Shown here one piece after another: positions 46,696-54,224 of a stretch of 60,062 bases of DNA. This stretch comes from Patescibacteria group bacterium (GTDB lineage: Bacteria > Patescibacteriota > UBA1384 > 2-12-FULL-50-11). The notes under the pieces are model-generated. The model ran no database searches and was not told where the DNA came from. It saw only the letters and a program-made list of their open reading frames with translations. The DNA lies in the NCBI GenBank assembly GCA_040900165.1, contig JBBDZM010000015.1, forward strand, positions 5,383 to 65,444, written 5' to 3'. The number at the start of each line of letters is the position of its first letter. Within the stretch, counting starts at the first letter, position 1. A program made the translations under genes and the position numbers.

Positions 46696-48117
46696 TCAAC
46701 CGATTAGTTTTTCCTGAATATTTCTAATGTCACTTTCAACGGCCGGGTCGTTTTTTTTCTTGGTGATTATTTTATTGACGCCGTATATAACCGTGGTGTG
46801 ATCCTTACCGCCGAGCATCTCTCCAATCTGCGGGTAGGACTGATTAAGGGTTTCCCGCAGAAAATACATTACCACATGTCGGGGGTAAACTAACTCCTTG
46901 ACTCGCCGACTACCCAAGATATCGCTCGGTTCAATCGAAAAATATTCAGCCACTATTTGGACAACTTTTCGGCTGGAAATATTCGGTGCCCCGCTACGCA
47001 AGATGTCTTTAAGGGTTTTAACGGCATAGTCCTTGGTGATTGGCGCACTCTCGAGCGCGGCCATAGTGGCCAGCTTAATTAGCGAGCCCTCTAGCTCCCG
47101 GACGTTGCTGGTCACAGTGGTGGCAATATAGTTAATTACCTCTTCCGGTATATCCAAGCCCTTTTCTTTGGCTTTTTCCTGGAGAATCGCTGCCCTTGTT
47201 TCAAAATTCGGTGTTTGGATATCGGCGATTAATCCCCAGCCCAGCCGTGATATTAGCCGGTCTTCCAGCTCGGTCATCTCCTTGGGAACTCGGTCTGAGG
47301 TTAAAACAATCTGTCGGTTGGCTTGATGAAGGATGTTAAAAGTGTGGAAAAACTCTTCTTGGGTGCCTTCTTTGTTGGCCAAGAATTGGATGTCGTCGAT
47401 TAGTAGCACGTCGGCCTTGCGGTATTTGTTCTTGAACTCACTGATCCGTTTCTCTTGGATGGCGGTAACAAAATCGGTGGTGAAGGCTTCGCAAGAGGTA
47501 TAAACAATATTCTTTTTCGGCCAGCGCCCCCGGACGCCATTGCCGATAGCTTGCATTAAGTGGGTTTTCCCCAACCCAACGCCACCGTAGATAAATAACG
47601 GGTTATAGGTCTGGCCCGGTTTCTCGGCGACGGCCTGGCAGGCAGCAAAAGCCAGGCGGTTGTTGTTGCCGACAATAAAACTATCAAATGTATAGATTGG
47701 GTTAAACTCCCGGTTTGCCGACTCTTCGGCCTCGGCGACAACCCCCGGCGAGCTGACTGGCTCTTCGTTGACGGGATCCTCGTGGAGCAGGGGTAGATCG
47801 TCTAGCGGTTTTTTAGCTTCTTTGGCAACTACGACCAACGCTACTGATTCTAGGTTGGGGAAATGCCCTTGGAGATTTTTCTTGATTTCATCTAAGCAAT
47901 TTTTCTCAATCCAATCTTTGGCGTAGGGGTTGGCAACCCCGATTTTTACCAAGCCGGACTGCTCGCCGATAAAAGTGGTGGGCTTGAGCCAGGTAGAAAA
48001 GTTCGGTCGGCTGATCGATTTTTCAAGCGTTGCTAGGACTTCCGACCAGATTAACGACATCGTCGCTAAAGTACCGGAGTTTTCCACAGGGGTCAATTGT
48101 TGTTGAGAGTTTTCCAC
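46696..48117 (-). CDS. dnaA: chromosomal replication initiator DnaA
   Basis: AAA+ Walker A GGVGLGKTHL, DDIQF, and the C-terminal HTH (RHVVMYF..., LGGKDHTTV). The track start is GTG 48117. ATG 48060 (MSLIWSEVL) matches the usual DnaA N-terminus and may be the true start. Confidence 0.95.
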   Translation of the reverse strand: MENSQQQLTPVENSGTLATMSLIWSEVLATLEKSISRPNFSTWLKPTTFIGEQSGLVKIGVANPYAKDWIEKNCLDEIKKNLQGHFPNLESVALVVVAKEAKKPLDDLPLLHEDPVNEEPVSSPGVVAEAEESANREFNPIYTFDSFIVGNNNRLAFAACQAVAEKPGQTYNPLFIYGGVGLGKTHLMQAIGNGVRGRWPKKNIVYTSCEAFTTDFVTAIQEKRISEFKNKYRKADVLLIDDIQFLANKEGTQEEFFHTFNILHQANRQIVLTSDRVPKEMTELEDRLISRLGWGLIADIQTPNFETRAAILQEKAKEKGLDIPEEVINYIATTVTSNVRELEGSLIKLATMAALESAPITKDYAVKTLKDILRSGAPNISSRKVVQIVAEYFSIEPSDILGSRRVKELVYPRHVVMYFLRETLNQSYPQIGEMLGGKDHTTVIYGVNKIITKKKNDPAVESDIRNIQEKLIG

Positions 48118-48118
48118 A
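48080..48118. promoter_or_regulatory. two DnaA boxes at or upstream of the dnaA start
   Basis: TTTTCCACA at 48080-48088 and at 48110-48118, each one mismatch from consensus. Confidence 0.55.
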
Positions 48119-48225
48119 TGTCACTACCCAACAGCCCACAACCGGTTGAATAGTTGTTGAAAAACCAGTAAAATTGCCAAAGAATCATCAAATATTTAGA
48201 AAATAATTGTTTTAAGAAGACTTAA

Positions 48226-48345
48226 ATGAAACGAACATACCAAGGTAATAAACGCAAACGAGCGAAAGCTCACGGCTTCCGGGGCCGATCGAAAACAGTT
48301 CTAACCAACCGCCGCCGCAAAGGCCGGGCTAAATTAGCGCTCTAA
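48226..48345 (+). CDS. rpmH: 50S ribosomal protein L34
   Basis: Not in the ORF track because it is under 60 aa. Translates to [39 protein letters not shown]. Canonical position upstream of rnpA. Confidence 0.9.
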   Translation: MKRTYQGNKRKRAKAHGFRGRSKTVLTNRRRKGRAKLAL

Positions 48346-48346
48346 T

Positions 48347-48688
48347 ATGCTTAAAAGTATTAACCGTCTGAAAAAAGATACGGATTTTCAGGCGGTTTGG
48401 CGCTCCGGCAAGCGAACGGCTTGCGGGGATTTAGCGATATTGATTATGCCAAATAGCACCAATCAGTCACGCTGTGGGGTGGTTGTGTCTAAAAAAATCA
48501 GCCGCAATGCCGTTAACCGCAACCGGATTCGCCGGATTATTTTGTCGGAGCTATCAGAATTACTTTATCAAGGCACTCTACCGACCGGCAGCGATATCGT
48601 TGTTAGGATACTACGACTACCGCAAGACATTGATAATTCCCAAGCAATCAGGACCCAACTACGAGAATGTTTCGCCAAGCTGTCGTAG
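48347..48688 (+). CDS. rnpA: ribonuclease P protein component
   Basis: 113 aa, basic, with the RNR motif-like VNRNRIRR, in the rpmH-rnpA-yidD-yidC synteny. Confidence 0.85.
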   Translation: MLKSINRLKKDTDFQAVWRSGKRTACGDLAILIMPNSTNQSRCGVVVSKKISRNAVNRNRIRRIILSELSELLYQGTLPTGSDIVVRILRLPQDIDNSQAIRTQLRECFAKLS

Positions 48689-48912
48689 GGCTAATCTCCA
48701 TCTATCAACGAACGCTATCGCCGGATCACGGATTGCTGAAGTTTTTTTACCCAAACGGCGCTTGCCGGTTTCAGCCAACCTGCTCCGAATATACCAAAGA
48801 TGCGGTGGCTCGCTACGGGGTGATAAAGGGGCTATACTTGGGCTCGAAGCGAGTTAGTCGCTGCCACCCGGGGAAAATTGGTGGCTACGACCCAGTCCCC
48901 AAAAAACAATGA
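48667..48912 (+). CDS. yidD: membrane protein insertion efficiency factor YidD
   Basis: LISIYQRTLSP....CRFQPTCSEY signature. Confidence 0.85.
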   Translation: MFRQAVVGLISIYQRTLSPDHGLLKFFYPNGACRFQPTCSEYTKDAVARYGVIKGLYLGSKRVSRCHPGKIGGYDPVPKKQ

Positions 48913-49015
48913 AATACGAATATCGAAATTCGAAACAATATCCAAATCCAAATTTTGAAAATTTAAAACGTTTTAAATTTGTTTCGGATTTCGAGCTTGG
49001 TGCTTCGGATTTTTG
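48911..49015. repeat. period-7 inverted heptad arrays (yidD-yidC spacer)
   Basis: Left arm GAAATAC GAATATC GAAATTC GAAACAA, central 22-bp perfect palindrome AAATTTAAAACGTTTTAAATTT (48959-48980), right arm GTTTCGG ATTTCGA GCTTGGT GCTTCGG ATTTTTG. Confidence 0.8.
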
Positions 49016-49024
49016 TAATTACTG

Positions 49025-49771
49025 ATGGTTGCTGATTTTTTCCGAGCAATTCTTTACACACCTCTTTTTAACCTTTTGGTATTTTTCGCCTGGTTGATAC
49101 CGGGTCACAGCATTGGCTGGTCGATTATTATCGTCACCCTAATTGTTAAGGCAATCCTCTGGGTGCCATCGGCCAAATCAATCCGCTCCCCGATTCAGAT
49201 GCGCCAATACCAAGATGAGATCAAAGAACTCCAGGATCGTCACAAAGACAACAAGGCCGCCCAGAGCCAGGCGTTAATGGCGTTTTACAAAGAGAAGGGG
49301 ATTAATCCCCTCTCCGGCTGTTTGCCGTTATTAATCCAGTTGCCGGTAATCTTTGTGCTTTACCGAGTGTTTATTGCCGGTTTGGGTGATGTCCATTTTG
49401 ACCTGGTTTACTCGTTCGTCCCCCACCTCGATGCCATTAACACCCACTTTTTCGGCATTGATTTAGCCCATCCAAGCAAAATTGTTCTACCGATTATCGC
49501 CGGTGGCCTGCAATTTTTACAGAGTCGCCATATGATGTTGTTGAATCCGCCATCCAAGACCAGTAAAGACCCGACGGCGATGATGCAGAAACAGATGATG
49601 TACCTATTCCCAGTGATGACTTACTTTATTGCCAGCTCTTTGCCGGCGGGATTAGCTCTTTACTGGGCGACCAACGCCCTGGTTTCTACTGCCCAACAGG
49701 AAGTAATCCGCCGAACCTACCACCCAACCGAGCCGAAGGTTAAGGTGACCGTTCGGACAAAGAACAAATAA
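49025..49771 (+). CDS. yidC: membrane protein insertase YidC (short form)
   Basis: 248 aa with five TM segments and the motifs GINPLSGCLPLLIQLPV and LPAGLALYW. Confidence 0.85.
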   Translation: MVADFFRAILYTPLFNLLVFFAWLIPGHSIGWSIIIVTLIVKAILWVPSAKSIRSPIQMRQYQDEIKELQDRHKDNKAAQSQALMAFYKEKGINPLSGCLPLLIQLPVIFVLYRVFIAGLGDVHFDLVYSFVPHLDAINTHFFGIDLAHPSKIVLPIIAGGLQFLQSRHMMLLNPPSKTSKDPTAMMQKQMMYLFPVMTYFIASSLPAGLALYWATNALVSTAQQEVIRRTYHPTEPKVKVTVRTKNK

Positions 49772-49774
49772 TTG

Positions 49775-49847
49775 CGCGCCCGGGAAGACTCGAACTTCCG
49801 ACCTCTTGCTCCGCAAGCAAGCACTCTATCCACTGAGCTACGGGCGC
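49775..49847 (-). tRNA. tRNA-Arg (anticodon GCG)
   Basis: Manual cloverleaf: acceptor GCGCCCG/CGGGCGC, D arm GCTC-AGTGGATA-GAGT, anticodon arm CTTGC-TTGCGGA-GCAAG, T arm GGAAG-TTCGAGT-CTTCC. No encoded CCA. Confidence 0.85.
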
Positions 49848-49901
49848 ATAAGCGACATTAGGAGCGTTGCGACAGTAGCTAGGGGAATGACTGCCTGGGA
49901 G

Positions 49902-49924
49902 TATCCACTGAGCTACGGGCGCAT
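49902..49924 (-). pseudogene. truncated copy of the tRNA-Arg 5' end
   Basis: A 23-nt perfect repeat of 49827-49849 (acceptor 5' strand through the D loop plus 2 nt upstream), with no matching 3' half. Confidence 0.6.
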
Positions 49925-49926
49925 TG

Positions 49927-50013
49927 CGGAGGCGGTAGGATTCGAACCCACGAGGAGCTTGCACCCCTAACAGTTTTCAAGACTGCCGCATTCGTCCACT
50001 CTGCCACGCCTCC
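49927..50013 (-). tRNA. tRNA-Ser (anticodon TGA)
   Basis: Acceptor GGAGGCG/CGCCTCC, anticodon loop CTTGAAA, long variable arm, T arm GTGGG-TTCGAAT-CCTAC. Confidence 0.85.
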
Positions 50014-50035
50014 ATTATCAATTGTACGCCTTGAA

Positions 50036-50064
50036 ATTATAGCGAAAAACTAACCAGATAAACA
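50036..50064 (-). promoter_or_regulatory. candidate promoter for the tRNA-Ser/Arg pair
   Basis: On the minus strand, TGTTTA, a 17-nt spacer, then TATAAT, about 22 nt upstream of tRNA-Ser(TGA). Confidence 0.4.
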
Positions 50065-50067
50065 GGG

Positions 50068-50748
50068 TTAACCGTGGCAAATTGTAATTGCCCAAATTTC
50101 CCTTGTGCCCCGCCGTTTGGCCAGCTTGGCCAGCGCCCCCAAAGTTGAGCCGGTAGTAATAACGTCGTCGGCAATCACTAAATATTCCGGCAATTGTCTG
50201 GTAGTAAGTGAAAAAACTTTCCGAACGTTTTTCTTGCGCTTAGCTTTGGTTAATTTGGTCTGGCTCTCGGTCTCTCTAACTTTCTCGAAAATTGTCACGG
50301 AATCCAACCCATATTTATCAAACTCTTTGGCGATCAATTCAGCCGGATTGAACCCCCGTTCCCGAGCTTTCTTGCTGGTCATCGGCACAAAAGTAATTTG
50401 GTCGAAATTATCCGGCAATAACCTGGCGATCTTGCCGGCCAATTTTTCGCTAATAAATTTTAGGGCGTCGTGGTAGCCGTAATATTTAGAGCTGTAAATT
50501 AGCTGCTGGGATTCCGGTAACCGGTACGGGAGAACCGAAATAATCCCGTCCAGCCCCGTTTCAATCTGGCATTTCTGGCAAATCCCCGTGCTAGCGACTT
50601 TCGAGCAAATAAAACAGTTCTCCAGGCGAATTTTTTGGAAGCGCTTAAGGCAAGTCGGGCAGAGCCAATCTCCCTCTTGGCCACAGCCCAGGCAGTCGAT
50701 TGGGTGGATAAGATCGATAATTTTCTTTGTGAGTGTTAGTTTAGACAT
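50068..50748 (-). CDS. comFC: ComF-family phosphoribosyltransferase-like protein
   Basis: N-terminal Cys-rich Zn-finger (CLGCG...CPTC...CFIC..CQKC) and the C-terminal PRTase motif VIADDVITTGST. Confidence 0.8.
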   Translation of the reverse strand: MSKLTLTKKIIDLIHPIDCLGCGQEGDWLCPTCLKRFQKIRLENCFICSKVASTGICQKCQIETGLDGIISVLPYRLPESQQLIYSSKYYGYHDALKFISEKLAGKIARLLPDNFDQITFVPMTSKKARERGFNPAELIAKEFDKYGLDSVTIFEKVRETESQTKLTKAKRKKNVRKVFSLTTRQLPEYLVIADDVITTGSTLGALAKLAKRRGTREIWAITICHG

Positions 50749-50755
50749 CGTTACC

Positions 50756-50784
50756 TTGACACGCCCTCCCTGTAACGGGACAAT
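50756..50784 (+). promoter_or_regulatory. candidate promoter for hsp20 (near-leaderless)
   Basis: Perfect TTGACA (50756-50761), a 17-nt spacer, then GACAAT. The ATG at 50796 has no visible Shine-Dalgarno. Confidence 0.3.
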
Positions 50785-50795
50785 ATAGACATATC

Positions 50796-51176
50796 ATGGC
50801 AAAGAAAAACGAACAAATTCAGGAGGAGTGGTTGGAGGAGGAAGAAGAGGGTCAGCTAGCTGTTGACGCTTACCAGGACGACGAGAACGTTATCCTCAAA
50901 GCCCCGATCGCTGGCGTTAATATGGAAGATCTGGAGATTTCCATCACCGACGAAGTCGTGACCATTAAGGGTCAGCGTCGCAACGAGACAGAAGTCGACC
51001 GCCAAAACTACTTTGTCCAGGAATGTTACTGGGGTGGGTTTATGCGCTCCTACATCTTGCCAGTCTCGGTTGACGCCTCCAAAGCCGAAGCCTTTCTGCG
51101 CAACGGCATTCTAACGATCAAAATTCCTAAGCAAGAAAAAACCAAGACCCGAGTTTTGAAGGTCCAGGTTGGTTAG
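50796..51176 (+). CDS. Hsp20/alpha-crystallin family small heat-shock protein
   Basis: 126 aa with an alpha-crystallin domain pattern (..AVDAYQDDENVILKAPIAGV..., GILTIKIPK). Confidence 0.85.
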   Translation: MAKKNEQIQEEWLEEEEEGQLAVDAYQDDENVILKAPIAGVNMEDLEISITDEVVTIKGQRRNETEVDRQNYFVQECYWGGFMRSYILPVSVDASKAEAFLRNGILTIKIPKQEKTKTRVLKVQVG

Positions 51177-51292
51177 GAAGAATTAAGTAGTAAGAATTAC
51201 GAATTAAGAAATCGACGAAATCTGGTGGATTTTTTATCGTTATTCTTAATTCATAATACATAATTCTTTCTTATGAATCTTGAATCTCTTCG
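51177..51292. repeat. period-7 inverted heptad arrays (hsp20-SBP spacer)
   Basis: Left arm GAATTAA GTAGTAA GAATTAC GAATTAA GAAATCG, then an inner hairpin plus T-run (AAATC-TGGTG-GATTTTTT), then right arm TTCTTAA TTCATAA TACATAA TTCTTTC TTATGAA TCTTGAA TCTCTTC. Confidence 0.8.
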
Positions 51293-51315
51293 TGTTTTAA
51301 GCGACGCTATTAGTG

Positions 51316-52659
51316 ATGAAGCGAGGGGTTCTTATTATTGCCGGCCTGGTAGTAGTTTTGGTAGCGGTTTTCGTTGTCGTTACCCTGGTTAACCGCGGCA
51401 ACGTGGTGTCGGAAGATAAAAGCCTAACCGTTTATTTACCCTTTGACGAAGTTAAAACTTACCAGAAAATCTCCGAGCAATTTATTACTGCCAACCCTGG
51501 CGCTGAGCTAAATTTTAAGTTTATCGATGCCAAGGACGCTAAAGAATACGAGGCGAAAGTTGTTAACGAAATCGCCGACGGTGCTGGACCAGATATCTGG
51601 GTAGTCCGAAGCGATTGGATCCCTAAACACGCCGCCAAATCCCTGCCGTACACTGCTGACAACGAAAATCCCATCGCAAGCGCGAAAACCGTAATTGAAC
51701 CAGCCTTAGTCGATTTGAATATTTACCAGGGGGAGCTCTACGGTGTTCCGCTTTTTGCTGATTCGTTAGCGGTTATCTATAACGTCGACTTTATTAGAGC
51801 AGTTGCCGATGGTGCCTCCGCTTCGGTTGTAAAAACATTGAGCCAGTTTCCTGCTACCTGGAAGGTTGTTCAGGATCAGGCGGCGCTTGTTAGTAAAAAA
51901 TCCGGCAGTGTTATCACCCGTTCAGCAATTGCCTTGGGCACAATTGAAACCGGTTACGCTCCGGTCGATGTTCTCTCGGCAATGTTGGTTCAAAACGGAG
52001 CCAGTGTTCTCAACGACGACGAAACTAAAGTCGCCTTTGATCTAGCTCAGTTCAAAGATGGCAAATCCAGCTTCCCAGCCACCGAGGCGCTGGATCTATT
52101 CACTAGTTTTGCACGTTCCTCCAAGAGTAACTACAGCTGGAATAACGACCTCGGCGCCGCTTTAGAGGCTTTTAAGGCCGGTAAAACAGGGGCAATTATT
52201 GGTTATTACTCCTTGTTGCGTGAGTTGGTAGATGAGGAACCGTCATTCGAGATCGGTGTTGCCGCTCTTCCACAAATTTCCACTAAAACTGACCGAGTTG
52301 ATTTCGGGATAACTTGGAGCCATATCATCAATGCTCAGTCGACAGCCCCAGTGCTAGCCAAAAGCTACCTTTCTTACTTGACTCAAGGAGATGTCCAGAA
52401 GGCCTATATTGAATTAACCGGGAAGATCGGAGCAGCGCCGTTAGAGCAAGAAGTCTCTGATGATATTAGCAGCCCCGGCTTGGCGGCAAGCGAAGTTTAC
52501 TGGCCGCAGCTCAAGACCGTCCAACAACTTACCAAAAAAGACTGGCAGAGGGTCGACGAGATTCTCCAGGATACCGTTAAGTTGGTCATTAACTCTAAGG
52601 GGTCGCTCCAGTCGGCTATTAACACCGCCGCCAAGCAACTAGAAGAGCTGATTAAATAA
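51316..52659 (+). CDS. extracellular solute-binding protein (ABC sugar-type SBP), TM-anchored
   Basis: N-terminal TM anchor and family-1 SBP-like sequence (DIWVVRSDWIP, ...GAIIGYYS). No permease or ATPase gene is adjacent. The stop overlaps the first pilin ATG (TAATG). Confidence 0.7.
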   Translation: MKRGVLIIAGLVVVLVAVFVVVTLVNRGNVVSEDKSLTVYLPFDEVKTYQKISEQFITANPGAELNFKFIDAKDAKEYEAKVVNEIADGAGPDIWVVRSDWIPKHAAKSLPYTADNENPIASAKTVIEPALVDLNIYQGELYGVPLFADSLAVIYNVDFIRAVADGASASVVKTLSQFPATWKVVQDQAALVSKKSGSVITRSAIALGTIETGYAPVDVLSAMLVQNGASVLNDDETKVAFDLAQFKDGKSSFPATEALDLFTSFARSSKSNYSWNNDLGAALEAFKAGKTGAIIGYYSLLRELVDEEPSFEIGVAALPQISTKTDRVDFGITWSHIINAQSTAPVLAKSYLSYLTQGDVQKAYIELTGKIGAAPLEQEVSDDISSPGLAASEVYWPQLKTVQQLTKKDWQRVDEILQDTVKLVINSKGSLQSAINTAAKQLEELIK

Positions 52660-53030
52660 TGGCCTGGCTCAATCTGCTAGTTGTTCGGGCGCACGCCTAT
52701 ACGATTAATGTACCGATTGCCAGTAATTGCGGCCCCGATGGAATAAAAGGTGTCGTTGACGGCGTGAAGGGCACGGTCGGCAAAACTAAATGCACTAGTT
52801 ACGGCGGCTTCAGCGACTACTTTTTGGACTTGATCAACTACGCCGTAAACATTGCCTTTGGCTTGGCGACGTTGGTGATAATTTTCGGGGCATTTAAATA
52901 TGTCACGAGCGGCGGCGACGATACCAAAGCCAAAGAAGGCAAGGACATAATAGTCGGCGCACTAATTGGGCTAGCCCTTCTCTTGTTAATTAAAGTCATT
53001 GTTCCACTGGTAGGATTGGAAACGCCATGA
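52659..53030 (+). CDS. TrbC/VirB2-like T4SS pilin paralogue 1
   Basis: Leader ending AHA, then two TM helices flanking FKYVTSGGDDTKAKEGKDIIVGALIG. Confidence 0.7.
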   Translation: MAWLNLLVVRAHAYTINVPIASNCGPDGIKGVVDGVKGTVGKTKCTSYGGFSDYFLDLINYAVNIAFGLATLVIIFGAFKYVTSGGDDTKAKEGKDIIVGALIGLALLLLIKVIVPLVGLETP

Positions 53031-53326
53031 TTATCGGTAAGGTGTTTGCCCAGATAAACATCGACACAACTCAGAACACTTTCCCGGGCACCAAATTAAG
53101 TTTGGATCAACTATTCTCCGGCGGTATTAATTTATTTCTGGGAGCGATTGCCGTTGCCGCTTTTGCCGGGCTAATTTATAGCGGGTTTACATATATAACC
53201 GCAGGTGGCGATGCTTCAAAGGCGGAGAAGGCCCGCAAAAACATTATGTGGACGCTACTATCTCTGGTGGTTGTGTCGTTATCGTACGTAGTAATCCGAA
53301 TGGCTGCTAATTTACCAAATCTATGA
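53027..53326 (+). CDS. TrbC/VirB2-like T4SS pilin paralogue 2
   Basis: Leader ending VFA|Q, with the motif GFTYITAGGDASKAEKARKNIMWTLLS. ATGA overlap with paralogue 1. Confidence 0.7.
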   Translation: MIIGKVFAQINIDTTQNTFPGTKLSLDQLFSGGINLFLGAIAVAAFAGLIYSGFTYITAGGDASKAEKARKNIMWTLLSLVVVSLSYVVIRMAANLPNL

Positions 53327-53730
53327 AAAGGCTAATTTTTTCTCTACTAACTCTGATAGCCTTGGCTCTTTGGTCGGCACCGGCATTAGCTCAAGATCTG
53401 TCAAGTGGAAGTGCTTTGGACAACTTAGACCAGAACGGGGAAAGTTTTTTGATACCAGAGTGTCTTCAAAAGTCCGAACAAGTCAGAACGGCTCCCGCTA
53501 CCTGCGTGACCGACACAATCACTTTTTACACCAACCTACTCTTGCTGGTTGTGGCGATCGGGGCGTTTCTCTATATGCTCTACGGCGCTTTTCTCTACGC
53601 CACCACCTTTGGCGACGACGCCAAAGCCACCCAAGCCAAAAAAGTTGTCACTCACGCCATTGTTGGGATAATTATCGCCGGGATGTCAGCGTTGTTAGTC
53701 GCGCTGGTTAAATCTTTACTTAAAGCCTAG
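53323..53730 (+). CDS. TrbC/VirB2-like T4SS pilin paralogue 3
   Basis: Signal peptide ending ALA|QD, with the motif AFLYATTFGDDAKATQAKKVVTHAIVG. ATGA overlap. Confidence 0.65.
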   Translation: MKRLIFSLLTLIALALWSAPALAQDLSSGSALDNLDQNGESFLIPECLQKSEQVRTAPATCVTDTITFYTNLLLLVVAIGAFLYMLYGAFLYATTFGDDAKATQAKKVVTHAIVGIIIAGMSALLVALVKSLLKA

Positions 53731-53742
53731 CTCGCACCGCCC

Positions 53743-53773
53743 TTGACAAGTCAGTGTCAGAACATCTTAATAT
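53743..53773 (+). promoter_or_regulatory. candidate promoter for pilin paralogue 4
   Basis: Perfect TTGACA (53743-53748), an 18-19 nt spacer, then TAATAT. AGGAGG lies 6 nt before ATG 53800. Confidence 0.4.
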
Positions 53774-53799
53774 AGCTAAGGAAGCAAACAGGAGGAATT

Positions 53800-54162
53800 A
53801 TGAAACTATTTGAACTCATTTCAACAGCGCATGCCCAACTCCCAGGTAGTGGTGGCAACACCAAAGTTGAACGGGACTTTGGCTTAGGTGATTTTAACTT
53901 TCTAAACCCATTTAAAGGTTCGAATATTGATAGCGTTTTTGGGAAGATTGTCGGCATTGTTATGATTGTTGCCGCAGTTGTCGCCTTCTTCTATTTAATT
54001 GTTTCTGGCTTCCAGTATATAACCGCCGGTGGTGATGCCGCCAAAGCTCAAACTGCTCGCCAGGGAATCGTTAACGCTTTGATTGGTATCGTCGTTATTC
54101 TTGTCGCCTACATCGTCCTACGCTACGTCGGTGATTCTTTCTCGGCGCCTTTTTCACCATAA
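53800..54162 (+). CDS. TrbC/VirB2-like T4SS pilin paralogue 4
   Basis: Leader ending AHA|Q, with the motif GFQYITAGGDAAKAQTARQGIVNALIG. Has a strong RBS. Confidence 0.7.
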   Translation: MKLFELISTAHAQLPGSGGNTKVERDFGLGDFNFLNPFKGSNIDSVFGKIVGIVMIVAAVVAFFYLIVSGFQYITAGGDAAKAQTARQGIVNALIGIVVILVAYIVLRYVGDSFSAPFSP

Positions 54163-54196
54163 AATAACGCCACATCCGAAATAAACTTAAATACAC

Positions 54197-54220
54197 AGGC
54201 GGTTCTCAGACCGCTTTTGT
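54197..54220 (+). terminator. intrinsic terminator after the pilin cluster
   Basis: GCGGT-TCTCAG-ACCGC stem-loop followed by TTTTG. Confidence 0.5.
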
Positions 54221-54224
54221 ATTA

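Noticed and set aside
46475-46699. 74-aa minus-strand ORF between dnaN and dnaA
   Set aside because: It fills the dnaA-dnaN spacer, which is packed with DnaA boxes and AT-rich sequence. It has no RBS and its peptide is low-complexity. It is better explained as oriC.
49848-49924. A second, unusual tRNA between tRNA-Ser(TGA) and tRNA-Arg
   Set aside because: Only the acceptor 5' strand and D-loop are present. No D-stem complement, anticodon arm, T arm or 3' acceptor strand can be folded.
49740-49964. 74-aa minus-strand ORF
   Set aside because: It lies entirely over tRNA-Arg, the tRNA fragment and part of tRNA-Ser(TGA). It is a read-through artefact of structured RNA genes.
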